A stretch of 64,000 nucleotides of DNA. It comes from Perkinsela sp. CCAP 1560/9 (taxonomy: Eukaryota > Protista > Euglenozoa: Kinetoplastea). The position numbers and the translations under genes were made by a program. Shown in pieces: positions 23,398 to 34,800 of this stretch (positions within the stretch are counted from its first letter, which is position 1; each line of letters begins with the position of its first letter). The notes under the pieces are model-generated. The model made no database searches and was not told the DNA's origin. It saw only the letters and a program-made list of their open reading frames with translations. The stretch lies in NCBI GenBank assembly GCA_965644495.1, contig CBFFSA010000009.1:496001-560000 (forward strand), in the 5' to 3' direction.

Positions 23398-24030
23398 TTA
23401 AAATTTATAATTAATAAATGAGGGAATTTCAGTTATTGCATAGAGCTTATTTCCTGATAACACAGCGTCTTTTAATGACGCTGGCAGTTTTGAAAGGTCT
23501 ACAGGGCCTTCGAATTCATTACCATATAAGTCTAGCGACACCAGCGTTGCAGGTAAACTAGTCAGATCGAGCGTTCCACAAAATCGGTTGTTGGTAAGAG
23601 ATCTTCTTAACCCAGGAGGTAAGATTGTAAGATCAACGAAGCCGAATAGATCGCAGGAAAGCAGTAAAAATCTGGTGAGTGCTATAGGAAGGTATGCAAT
23701 GGGCAACGTACCTGTGACACCTTCCTGATCCGACATAACAAAGTGATCCGTTGTACGCGGCATATGGCTCCAAGCCAGCGTCCCGAAATATTTATACTCA
23801 GTATCGAAAAGATCGGTCGCTCCTAAATCAATATAGTTCACACGCTTTTCTTCATCGCAGTATACGCTATGCCATTCACAAAGTGTAGTGGTGGGTCTCC
23901 ATGAAGGATGAGGGTTCGAAATGTTGGCTAGGAACCGAGCCATTTCATATTCTTGCGGGAGGAACGTGCCTTTGACTTTGGAAGGACGAGAGATATCTGC
24001 ACCGCTGAAGCTAAAGAGACTCGTTGACAT
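23398..24030 (-). CDS. LRR protein
   Basis: LPQEYEMAR motif, CEW cap, LPxxL repeats. Confidence 0.88.
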   Translation of the reverse strand: MSTSLFSFSGADISRPSKVKGTFLPQEYEMARFLANISNPHPSWRPTTTLCEWHSVYCDEEKRVNYIDLGATDLFDTEYKYFGTLAWSHMPRTTDHFVMSDQEGVTGTLPIAYLPIALTRFLLLSCDLFGFVDLTILPPGLRRSLTNNRFCGTLDLTSLPATLVSLDLYGNEFEGPVDLSKLPASLKDAVLSGNKLYAITEIPSFINYKF

Positions 24031-24725
24031 TCTTATTTAAACAATGGACCAAACGAACGGAATTTTCGGTACAAAGAATTCCGGATTCGTTAGTTAGTGT
24101 TGAAACTATCAATATGCACATAATAGCCACCAAAAATTATAGATATCCTTTATTTCCGGGTTTTTAAAAATATTTCAAAAAAATTGGAAAATGGGCTCCC
24201 GTTTTAAAATATTTAGCCCCAAGCCAAGTAATCTGGGTCTCTATCCGATGAGGGTGTTTTCCTTTCTTCGCCCCACTGTGCCGATGAATAGTGTTGAGGT
24301 AATTTAGATTTGTTCCCATTCTAACATTATTATAATAAAGCAAGTCAAAATATTTTAGTACCTACAGCTTTTACCTACAGGTATACAGATTGTATACCAG
24401 GTATACAGATGTACCTAATGACACTAGATCGTGGCTTGATCGTGCAACTAGATATGTAAATCATGCAACTACTGTTTGTATACATACGATAAACGAAAAT
24501 ATGTAGTGCCTACCTCTACATAAAATCCAGTGTGGACAACGCAGCAAAGCAAGCGAATCCCAGTGTAGAATGAAGAAGATTTAAAAGAAGATGTGTAAGT
24601 GATTGAGCAAATACAAGCCCTAATTGAATAAAATGTGAGCAAGAGTAACATCTAAGCAAGAAATAAACAAAAAACAAGAGTACGCAAGAAAAAGAGCATG
24701 AATAGGGGGAGAGTGTACGATGTTC

Positions 24726-25898
24726 TCACTCAGATACGAAATGTTTGTCTAGATATTCGCGCATGGATAAGCGCGGAACACTTTGTTCGATCCATCGTTT
24801 TGGAAGCTTATGTTTGTGATAGATCACAGCCTCGAATAGATTGTCCCGCAAATCAAGTTTTAAATTCCGCGTATCCTTTCCTATATCATATAAGTCAAGG
24901 TAGCCAGAAAACTGATTTCTGCTCAAGTTCAGAACCTCCAACGAGTCAGGAAGATGTTTCAAATCTAGTACCCCAAAAAACAAATTCTCGCGGACATTGA
25001 GACTTATAAGATCAGGAAGTCTCATCAAGTTTAAGAATCCTGTTAACTTATTCGACTGCAGCGATAACTCCTTTATACTAGCAGGTAGGCTTTCTAAAGT
25101 TATGGTGCCGTTAAAATCGTTGGTATCCAGGCGCAGAAGCTCAATATTTGGAGGTAATGTGCCAAGGGCTAAACTTCCCGAGAGTAAGTTGTTGCGCACA
25201 TTAAGGCGATGCAAATAAGGTGAAATCAATGATAAACTTAAGTCGCCTTCAAACAAGTTACAGCCCAAATCTAGATCGGTAAGTGAACGTGGCAAACTAT
25301 CCAAAAGTAGGTTGCCTTTGAAAGAGTTTCCGTGGAGGTTCAATCCCTCTACACTTTGAGGTAAATTACCAAATTGCAAATTCCCACTGAGTGAGTTACA
25401 TGATAGCTGTAGCAGTTCCATTTTTTCTGGTAGTGATGATAAATCAAGCGGCCCAGTATGTGCATGACGAGACATAGCTAAAAATTCCAACGAGGCTGGA
25501 AACGAAGCTGTTGGAATAGTCCCATGCAAGTTCCTCTTCCGTCCTGAAGGAACGTTAGCTGCAAAATAAGAGAGTCGAACGGGCATGACATGCCAAGTAA
25601 GGTTTCCTTTTAGGACAATGTCGTCAAAGAGAAGAGAAAAAATACGCATGCGTTCATCACAATTCACTCCTTCCCACTGACACACGTGGACGGAGGAATT
25701 ACGCCAATAAGCGGGTCGATAGGTAACGTGCGCTACAAAGCGTCTCATGCGAGTATCATCATCTTCCGTAAGCGCACTTACTTTGCTGCCAAACTTTCTT
25801 CTTTTTAGCGGGGGCTCACATGCCAGAAAGAAAAACACGTTAGCATGGAAGTCAATCACGAATGGCCACAAAAACAAGAGCGACGCCAAATTGGGCAT
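24726..25898 (-). CDS. LRR protein
   Basis: CQWEGVNC cap, about 10 LRRs, KRRK near the N-terminus. Confidence 0.9.
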   Translation of the reverse strand: MPNLASLLFLWPFVIDFHANVFFFLACEPPLKRRKFGSKVSALTEDDDTRMRRFVAHVTYRPAYWRNSSVHVCQWEGVNCDERMRIFSLLFDDIVLKGNLTWHVMPVRLSYFAANVPSGRKRNLHGTIPTASFPASLEFLAMSRHAHTGPLDLSSLPEKMELLQLSCNSLSGNLQFGNLPQSVEGLNLHGNSFKGNLLLDSLPRSLTDLDLGCNLFEGDLSLSLISPYLHRLNVRNNLLSGSLALGTLPPNIELLRLDTNDFNGTITLESLPASIKELSLQSNKLTGFLNLMRLPDLISLNVRENLFFGVLDLKHLPDSLEVLNLSRNQFSGYLDLYDIGKDTRNLKLDLRDNLFEAVIYHKHKLPKRWIEQSVPRLSMREYLDKHFVSE

Positions 25899-26524
25899 AA
25901 AACTGGAGAATTTGTTTTAATTTTGAAAATGATTATAGTTTTGGTTTTAAAATTTTGGGCTTATCCACGAAAAAGAGTATAAATACGAAAACGAGGTTCG
26001 CGCTTTATACGTTGTGTTCCGATTTCCGAATTGTCGTTGCGATGTTGGAAGACTACAACACAGTTTTGTTTCAGCCTACGTTGTAAGTCCTTGTATTTCC
26101 AAAGTTTTAAAAAAAATACAAAATCACACGCGTCATCCAGCAAAATTAAGAAAAGAACGGTTTTCCGTCTCCTCCTGTGACTGATATTCACTGCCCAACA
26201 ATCGCTCATCGTACGGCGCCCAAGACATTCCCAAACCCATACTCATTCCACAAATTACTACCGGACACACCCAATGGTGCTATGCTTATATAAGCCATAT
26301 GCACATACCGCAACCAAAAACACGAACAACAGTTTTTAAACGTGCGACCACGAATCGCACTCGCGTTTTCCTTCTCATGCCCAAGCTCACTCCGCAAAAA
26401 GAAAGTCTGTTGAGTTCTATTTTTTGCTCTATAACCCACCTTTTACACTTTAAAACAGTACTCCACACGTCCGCTTTATATTCTCGTTCGTTTAACCCAT
26501 AGGATTCATCATACCTTTACGTGC

Positions 26525-27700
26525 TTAGTAGGAGTAACCTTTGACAAACAATGACTGCTCCTCACCACAAACATCCTCCTTCGCATCGTACTTCCCCAAC
26601 GTTGCTAGCGAGTTCATCCGTGCGCGGTGCAGTAATCCCTGCCGGGCTTTTTCCACATTCTCCTCCTTCCCCTGCCATAGTCGCAGTGCTGAGCTCTGGA
26701 GCGCACGAGCATAGGAAAAGCGCAGCTGCCAAGGAAGCGGGGAGCTAACCCCCGGAACCTCCTGCAAACCCTCCGCCCCCTTATTCATCTCATTTAAGTA
26801 CCGCGTGGCTTCCTTCTCACTCAACCCGCCGGAGAGGAATACAACCCCGGGGCACGCGGCCGGGAGAGCCCGACGTAAGGCGTACACGGTCGCTTTGGCA
26901 ATTTCAGCGCCCATATCCGTCGTCTCCATGTTCTTCTTTTCCGCACTCTCGACCCCAGGGACGACCATACTGGGTTTTAACAACATCCCCTCCCAGACCA
27001 CACCATACTCCGACAATTTCTCCGCCACCGCACGCCAGATCCGAACACTCGCGGCCGCACACTGCGCTAAACTATGCCCCCCCTCCATCAAAACCTCCGG
27101 TTCCACAATCGGCACCAACCCCACACTTTGCGTTAACTTCGCATACATCGCCAGGGTCGCGGCATTATACTCCACCAAACTTGCCGAGACCTTTCCCTGC
27201 GCATCCAACCGGTACACATTCCGCCATTTCGTAAAACGAGCCCCCAGGGCTTTATACTTCTCCAGTCGAGCCACATACCCCTCCAGCCCCATCGTCATCT
27301 GCTCCCCTTCGGCTCCCGCCGCAAACGGCACAAGCCCGGCATCGGTTTTAATCCCGGGAACAATGCCTTTACCTTCGAGTAACTTCGCAAAGGACTCCCC
27401 AGTGCCACGCGCGCTTTGCCCCAGCGTCTCCTCATGGAGGATCACTCCACTGATGCAGTCTTCCAGCCCCGGAGCCGCGAGCATTAACTCCCGGTACCTT
27501 TGTCGGTTTTCGACAGTGTTCTCGAGACCGATCGGGTCGAATCGCTTCGCACAGGTGCCGGTGCTCTCGTCGGCGGCCAGGATCCCTTTGCCGGGTTGCA
27601 GGAGCTGGGCGACGGTGGTGGTGAGGGCGGTGTAGGTGGTGGGGGGAAGGGGGAGGGGGGGGAGGGTGAGGGAGAGGGACATGGGGAGGGGGTGGGACAT
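26525..27700 (-). CDS. ALD: fructose-bisphosphate aldolase class I, kinetoplastid type
   Basis: GKGILAADESTG, KWRNVY, VPIVEPEV, EGMLLKPSMV, FLSGG, FSYARALQ; closely resembles trypanosomatid aldolase. Confidence 0.97.
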   Translation of the reverse strand: MSHPLPMSLSLTLPPLPLPPTTYTALTTTVAQLLQPGKGILAADESTGTCAKRFDPIGLENTVENRQRYRELMLAAPGLEDCISGVILHEETLGQSARGTGESFAKLLEGKGIVPGIKTDAGLVPFAAGAEGEQMTMGLEGYVARLEKYKALGARFTKWRNVYRLDAQGKVSASLVEYNAATLAMYAKLTQSVGLVPIVEPEVLMEGGHSLAQCAAASVRIWRAVAEKLSEYGVVWEGMLLKPSMVVPGVESAEKKNMETTDMGAEIAKATVYALRRALPAACPGVVFLSGGLSEKEATRYLNEMNKGAEGLQEVPGVSSPLPWQLRFSYARALQSSALRLWQGKEENVEKARQGLLHRARMNSLATLGKYDAKEDVCGEEQSLFVKGYSY

Positions 27701-28767
27701 GGTGGGGATACGAATAGAGAGGGAGAGGATAAGGTTGTTTTTCTTTTTTTATTGTTTTTTTTAAGTTAAAAATTTATTTACAGTTTTTACATTTTCATTT
27801 TTTATCTTAATTTTTTTTCAATTTTTTTTAGGAATCTCATTTTAATTCTAGGTTTGTATTTTTAGTTTTAGAAGGATAAGGTCACTTTAGAAAATAAAAC
27901 ATGTTTTGTACAGCATAAATACGTACAAATGTTGTTTGTAAAATTGGAGTGAGAGGTTCGGGCTACACATGGTTTCAGAATTGTATCCTGGTATCCTCGA
28001 TACGTGGCCTGATGGTCCCTCAAATGGACAGAGCGAGCTTGGCGAGTAATTCCAAACGTTACGTTAGCCCACTCTGTTGAACGTTACTCTTGAGCAGGAT
28101 GTATCCTATAGACACCTCGACGAGTGCTACTGTGCTGATTGTTTTGACAAATACTCTGATGTTTGTCTATTCGGGAAAGGTGGAAGCACCGACCACAGGT
28201 GGCACAGGGTTTCAGAGCATCCGAGCCTTGGGCTCCACGCTTTTGTTCGTCCTCTAAAAAGTCTTGCGGGATTCGGGTATATTCTGTTTTGTCGTGACAA
28301 ACGTTAAGGGGTTTGTCGTCCCGAGACATTGTTTGGAAAGATATGCGTTAGAAAAATGGTTTTGAGGAATTGGAAATATGAATCATCGGTAAACATTGTA
28401 TGAAAACGTTTCTTTATCCCTCTTGTTTATAGTGATGAAAAAATTTCTGCATTGGTATACGCAACAAATGGTGGACCTCAAAAACTAAAACTGTTTTCTT
28501 TCAAAATATTCGCAAAATTCAGCAACTAGTCTACATCATCTTCATTGTGATTCATTGTTCGCAAGAAATATCGCTCTATATACAAATATTCGAACTCCCA
28601 ATTTTCTCGAAACCTAAAAATGTCATTGTAAACGAAATTGCCCCTACATATTACGTATTGTGAAACACGTTTCGTTCCACAAAATATGCATCAACTCATT
28701 TGTTCCATACGAGGTCCTGTGTATATACCAATTCCACATTTCAAAATCGTTTTCTTCATCAACATAT

Positions 28768-29733
28768 TTAGAAGTAGGTGTAACACGGATTCTTCCGCAC
28801 CGCACGCGAGCGAGCTAGGCTACTGGACCCACATAAGCTCCGCTCCAACGCACTCACGGGACGGTGCGCGAGCTTGTACCGGTTATACCCCGAGATCGCC
28901 ACGGTCGCGAGCAGCAGCACCAGTCCCAGACTTATCCCCACGCACAGCACAATGTACTTTGGGGTCCACTTCCCGGCTCGTTTCGCGGAACGCAACTTGA
29001 CGCTTCCGTTTTCCTCCTGCTCTTCCTCCTGTATCATTTCCGAAAGCTGGGCATGGGCCTTCTGCAACTCAGTCATGGGGTCTACAATTTCTTGAGGCAT
29101 TAGAGCATTTTCTTCTTTCTTTTCCCCATCGCTCCCTGCCCACCAGTTTTGAACCCCCGACATCATACGCGAGACATAGCCTTCGGTTTCCTCCACCGTA
29201 TGATCCCGATCAGATGCCGAATTAGAATCAGAAGATGAAAGCTTCATCTCTTCCCCACTCTCCCCTCCGGGAAGAAACGCCTTTGCCTTTGCTTTCACCC
29301 GATGAAACAAACTATGCGGACTTGGGGTCTCCGCATTCTCCAAATCCGCCAGCGCTTGTTCCGCGAGCTCGGATCCCAAATCAGTGGCGAATTGCGTTGC
29401 GGAGTGCTGAATCGCAGAAGTATCAAACGGCGCGGTGTCGTGTAGCGCGTGCGGGAGAACGGAATCCGAATCGCTAAATGTGTTGAGTGCTTTATGGATT
29501 CCTTTCTTATTGCTGTTCTTTTTCTTCTCATGCTCCTCTTCCTCCGCTTCATCCGCAAAGGTTTCGTGGATTTTACGTTTCGCGGCATGATAGAGTCGAC
29601 GTGCGGCACTTTTGGTACGTTGACGACCGGAGGACGGGGAGGGGTTGGGGGGACCGGTGGAGGGGGCGGCAGCCAGGGAGGTTGCGGGGAAGACAAGGAG
29701 GGCTGCGAGGATGCAGAAGGAAGACAGACGCAT
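28768..29733 (-). CDS. type I membrane protein (signal peptide, C-terminal TM helix)
   Basis: MRLSSFCILAALLVFPATSLAA signal peptide; YIVLCVGISLGLVLLLATVAISGY TM helix; start reassigned to ATG 29733. Confidence 0.75.
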   Translation of the reverse strand: MRLSSFCILAALLVFPATSLAAAPSTGPPNPSPSSGRQRTKSAARRLYHAAKRKIHETFADEAEEEEHEKKKNSNKKGIHKALNTFSDSDSVLPHALHDTAPFDTSAIQHSATQFATDLGSELAEQALADLENAETPSPHSLFHRVKAKAKAFLPGGESGEEMKLSSSDSNSASDRDHTVEETEGYVSRMMSGVQNWWAGSDGEKKEENALMPQEIVDPMTELQKAHAQLSEMIQEEEQEENGSVKLRSAKRAGKWTPKYIVLCVGISLGLVLLLATVAISGYNRYKLAHRPVSALERSLCGSSSLARSRAVRKNPCYTYF

Positions 29734-29869
29734 TGGGGGGATAGGGAATAAAAATGCGAAAAAATGAAATTTATAGCGTTTGTTTAGGAATAAATAGCAT
29801 AATGAGGGGTACGAGGAAAAAATCATGTCCGTGTAAAATACGTTTTTCTCGAAGTTGAAAATTTCTCAT

Positions 29870-30400
29870 ACTGTGCTGAAAATGACACTCTCCTGGGGCA
29901 CAACGAGTGAAGCTAAAAGAACACATTTGTAGGAACGAAAGGTTGTGGGGACATCTTGCGACACCTCGGGGAGGCTGAACTTGATCAGGAGCGAAATCTT
30001 GACAACAGGTTTTCGCGAATCCGAGTGGACGAGACGTTCATAGGTAAGCGGAAGTACAAACGAAGAACCGGGGTCATCGTCAACGACAGCGGGGCTGGTG
30101 GTTCGCGACACTCACAGAGTAAGAGGGGCGGAACATGGGTCTACTCATTGGAAGTTGGTGAAGCACCGCGATCTTGAAACCCTTCGTACCTTCATTCTCC
30201 CCCATCTGGTCAGCGCGTGCACTGTTCCTGGAAAGCGATTTCTGGAAAGGTTACGAAACCTCAGCGATTATTACCGCCACTACGCTGTGAATCACATCAA
30301 GGAGTTCGTCAAATCAGAGAAGGTACACATTCCGACACAACTTCGTCCCTAATGAATTTGCTAGACATATTCGGGAAGGATCAGGAACTGACTTTGACCT
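29870..30400 (+). pseudogene. Merlin/IS1595-like transposase relic
   Basis: RIRVDETFIGKRKY, VKHRDLETLRTFI, AVNHIKEFV motifs across frameshifts. Confidence 0.8.
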
Positions 30401-30650
30401 ACACATTTTGACCTACCAGGACGTAACCTGCCAACCTGGCTCAGAGAGCAGGATATATTGCTCGTCCAAAGAATATCTAAAACTTCACAACAGGACAGAG
30501 CTCCTTATCGAACATGGGGAGAAAACGCCGAAAATGCACATCGCAGGAAATCTGAGAAATACAATATGCGACAGGATACAATAGGCGACAGGAAAAACTG
30601 GACGCCTACATACTAGCCTTCGAAGTAGGTGCCCGGGGATTCCAATCATG
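30400..30650 (+). pseudogene. RLE retrotransposon relic
   Basis: FDLPG...ELLIE...AHRRKSEKY...LAFEVGARG by manual translation. Confidence 0.7.
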
Positions 30651-30842
30651 CAAATGGATCACCACCGTCCTCAATGGGGACCATATTTTGGTCAAAAGAT
30701 TCGGGAAAGCACAACACAGGTGGTCATCAGAGGGAGTAAACTCTGTGCTCGCCGAAACGACGCGACATGGTCGGAGGGGGCAACACGTTGACATTATCTT
30801 ACCTAAGGGGAGCAATCTCGTTGAAGTCACACCCCTGACATA

Positions 30843-31586
30843 CAGGGGTGTAAATTTGGATGTGGGGCGGGGTCTAAAGTTTGTAAAACTTGGCCAATTT
30901 TGGAAAATTATAGCGCATTCGAGAGCTCTCGAACTGGGCTCATGAACGTGCATGTACGGCATCTGCGTTAATTAGAATTTCGAGTGCACGTAAAAAAAAT
31001 TAGTTTTTTGGGAGGTAAAATTTTGCATTTTTGACAGTTTTTCTGATTTCTCCCCTGATTAATGCTACAAAGATGGGGTTGTGGGCCATCACCCGAACGC
31101 AAAGACTACGAAAGGGTTTATTCTTCGCCTGGGCACGTAAAAGCAAGCTGGTGCATGGTTCTTGTTGCTGATTACGAAACAACACAATCTATTTCGCGCT
31201 AAAAAATCATGTTCCATAGTGGGCGACTCCAAAAATGGTTGAGCCCCTCGGAATAGTGCAGATTTGATCATTGCGATCGAAGCAGGGTTTCAAGGCCCAT
31301 GAAAATGCCATGAAGAGCTTTCGAAAGGGATGCTGTATTGTGATTGGGATTAATCGACGATAATAGCAATTATTAATTTTTTTTTTCGATATTTGCTATT
31401 GTTTTAGAAAGTTGCAAATAGCTTTTGGGGGCGCTTTGTCTAGGGGGCAATACCCCCTTGTGCATAGTTCGGCCTTGTTACGTTAATGAGCCCTGTTCGG
31501 GAGCTCTCGAATGCGCTATTATTTTCCAAAATTGGTTAATTTTTACAAATTTTAGACCCCCCCCCACATCCAAATTTACACCCCTG
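30843..31586. mobile_element. non-autonomous Tc1-like element, ~100-bp TIRs, TA TSD
   Basis: TA-CAGGGGTGTAAATTTGGATGTGGGG ... CCCCACATCCAAATTTACACCCCTG-TA. Confidence 0.9.
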
Positions 31587-31704
31587 TATGTATCACCTGA
31601 TCGCTTGACGCAACCTGAAAGGGTCGACCAGTCTCAAACTCCGAACATGTCATTCTCTAAGACCGCTTACGTACCAGTGCAGCAGCGCCAAACAATGATA
31701 TCTT

Positions 31705-31961
31705 CTTAGACTTCATCAGCGATCTTACAATAAAAAACTATGAAAGATATAATGCGAGTCCAACACTTGAACACTTTAATTAGGGCGAAGGGGGGACTTA
31801 CGAAGTATTAAGTTTTGGTCATTTTGGTTTGGTAAGGGTGAAGTCAGGCAAAGTTTTGGTCAAAAAAAATAATCTCAAAAAGGTGAAAAAAGTGTTCAAG
31901 TGTTGGGCTCGCATTATATCTTTCATAGTTTTTTATTGTAAGATCGTTGATGAAGTCTAAG
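31705..31961. mobile_element. MITE with ~70-bp TIRs
   Basis: CTTAGACTTCATC...TTGAACACTT and its reverse complement at about 31890-31961. Confidence 0.8.
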
Positions 31962-32362
31962 TACGTGGGAATATAAGCACTACTCCAGCCTACACTACTG
32001 TAATATACTACTGCATTATCCTCTGCATCTCTTTTGTAAAATATAAAAACATTAAAATTTGTGAAAACATTTGAACACTTTTGTTAGTTACTGTTCGTCA
32101 TCCTCGTCCCTACCACGTGAATGCAACAGCGCACACACTTGAAATGCATTGATTGTCCATGGGTAGGGCACTACTCGCACAGCAACTACTACTACCACCA
32201 CATAAAACACATTTTCTCTGCTCGTGAAGGGGTTTCACAAGAATCTCTGGGAACAGACCCTCAAGTCGAAAAATCCGAGAAAAGTATACTGACCTTCGTA
32301 CGGCAATCTATCTCCTGTCTAGCATTCTTGCACAAGACGCTGAAAAAACTTGTATCCCTGTA

Positions 32363-33375
32363 CTGTGACTCCCCCTTTATTATGGACACTTTTTCAGCTT
32401 TTGTCCATAATAAAGGGGGGGGGGTGATCCAATCCAAATTCCGGATTGCTCCGGATGGTCGCTGGCAAGCCAGACCCTTCACAGACAGATTTGGAAGTTC
32501 CGAGGCCGACGTCTTCTACCAGTTTCCGCTTGTCCAAGGCGGCACCAACGTGCTGTTGCCAACACGCTGCGTCGACGAACTGTACGTCAACACGGCTTAC
32601 CCAAGAGACGTAAGCCGGGTAAGGGAGCTGGTTCCCTGAGGGGAGGGTCCGGGACGGTCCTCCGAGTACTGGGCCTAGTCGGTTCTCAGCCCAGCCTCTT
32701 AGAGTGAGGCCGTCAGGAATATTGCGATGATCGGGTTTGAACTCGCCGTCTGAGCACCATGTACTTCAAACTTTGAATTCTTGCCACTCCGCCACCTTGA
32801 GGGTGTGGACCAAAAATTCGTGGTCGATACTAATAAATTACAATACTTTTTGGCGGGGGTGTAACACCAGGGGCAGACGACCTCGCGCCTACCGAGCCGT
32901 TGCCCACCCAATCTTTACATCAGTTGTGTGGAGTCGTTAGAAAAAAATTGATGATTGCGACAGGCGAGCGACCAGTGGTAAGAGTGCGTGCGGTTTTTCG
33001 TCGGAAAGACGAGCCTAACGAGCCCACGCAGAAGGTGGAGGGAAAGATTCGGAAACAAGGGTTGGAGCTGTGGGGGATGTGGTCTGACGAGCCGGATAAG
33101 GAGTTTAACTCCTTATCCATTAAGCTCCTTAACCTAAAGACAAGGATGTTCTATTTCGTTGGAATTTTAGCAAGCAATGGGTTCCACCTGATTTCTGAAA
33201 AAAACAAGAATAAACAGGGCGTGCATTCAATGTTACTGGGCGATACTATATCAATGTTACTGGGCAATACGTACTACTGCATTTAATTACTTTCAAATTC
33301 TCCGCGGCGCCCGGTCGGATTTGTCCATAATAAAGGGGAGGTACCCCCTGTCCATATTAAAGGGGGGGGTCACGG
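32363..33375. mobile_element. MITE with a nested insertion of the dispersed repeat 32430-32790
   Basis: TA-CTGTGACTCCCCCTTTATTATGGACA ... TGTCCATATTAAAGGGGGGGGTCACGG-TA. Confidence 0.7.
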
Positions 33376-33765
33376 TATAATGCAGGGTGTACAGCGTAAG
33401 TGCATATCCTGTATTACATATTCGTTTAACTGCAGTGAGTCTTCTGTGAGTCTTCTCACGAGTGCACAACACTATATTCACAGTCGAGTTGATGTTAAAT
33501 ACTGTCATCAGTTCCCACTTCTTCGGCGTCATGCATCGCCACGCGCGGATGCCATACGTTTTTTCTCGTAATCAAACACTAGCTGTTCACTAAAGAAAGA
33601 ACAAGGTCACGAAGAAAAGAAAATTATTCTATTCGAGTAACTAAAGAGAACTAATAGTAGCTAAGGTCGCAACGTGCTAATAAAAAGTGGCCTATTACCT
33701 TTCATGTCCCTGTATATCCCTATCATACGCACTGTACAGTTTCCGTGAAAGTGCTGATCCTTACA

Positions 33766-34305
33766 TTATATAGCCATACAGCTCTTGATTCTAGGATTCC
33801 TACTAAGACGAAGATAAAAGAGTCCCTTTGGGCGTGATTCGAATAATACCGTTCCAGAAAAATCATTACAATGCAGGTCTAGAACCTGCAACGTCTGGGG
33901 TAGGCAGGAAAAATCGATCTCCCCAGTAAAGCGATTTGAAGACAGCCACAACTGAACCAACGTAGGGGGCAACATGCCCCATTCCACCTCTCCTGTTAAG
34001 TCATTATAACTCACATCAATACAACGCATGTTTCGGGGAATAAATGCCCAGTTGAGAGACCCGGATAATCCGTACTCACGCCATCGAATAGTTCGTACTT
34101 CGTCATTGCGGTACAACACCCCATCACCTCGACCTAACGTATTGCTCCGGGATGATCTCTTTTGTTTCCCAGATGACTTTTCGGACCACGAAAAAACGTG
34201 ACCATCTATTTGCTTAGTAAGCATCTCGAGGTCGTATTCTGGAGGAAGATTGAGTGCACCACGCACCTTTGCAGGCCTGGTAACTACCGTTGGAGCTTCG
34301 TCCAT
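33766..34305 (-). CDS. short LRR protein
   Basis: RPAKVRG..LPPEYDL motif and about 4 LRRs; Cys cap degenerate. Confidence 0.8.
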   Translation of the reverse strand: MDEAPTVVTRPAKVRGALNLPPEYDLEMLTKQIDGHVFSWSEKSSGKQKRSSRSNTLGRGDGVLYRNDEVRTIRWREYGLSGSLNWAFIPRNMRCIDVSYNDLTGEVEWGMLPPTLVQLWLSSNRFTGEIDFSCLPQTLQVLDLHCNDFSGTVLFESRPKGLFYLRLSRNPRIKSCMAI

Positions 34306-34519
34306 AAAAATATTCAGATTGATATTAAAACCCTAAAAGTATAACGTAAATAAACGCATACAGGAGTTCGAGTCCAAAGGTGTGGCGGGGGGTAAAAAAT
34401 TACCTAATTTTGGAAAATGCTAGCGCATTCGAGAGAGTTGAACATTTCCGGCAATTTATGATTCTGTGATTTTAAATTCTGTTCTTTGTGTATTTCTCCC
34501 TCTAATAACTAATTATGAA

Positions 34520-34800
34520 TTATTCGGTTCACAGGATTTATAAATACTTCTTAGAGGGTTGAAACCTATGAAGGGCAAAACCTGGTAAAACGTTGCAAAA
34601 CCCGCGTATTCCTTATTGACGTGGCGAAAAAAGTACTTTGTCAAAAATAGTGAAGAGCATACATGGTCTCCATTGTGCACTGAATGCTGTGAAACTGGGT
34701 GGGAAGCCTGGGAGTGCACCTTACCCTCTTTACAGGTCACGAATACAAAGCAGACCAATGTAGTACATCCTGGGCGGTCCATTGAGTATTCCAAGCAGTG
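34520..34800 (-). pseudogene. Merlin-family 5' relic
   Basis: EYSMDRPGCTTLVCFVFVT matches EYPMDCPGCTTLACLVLVT at 56627, inside the Merlin element. Confidence 0.55.
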
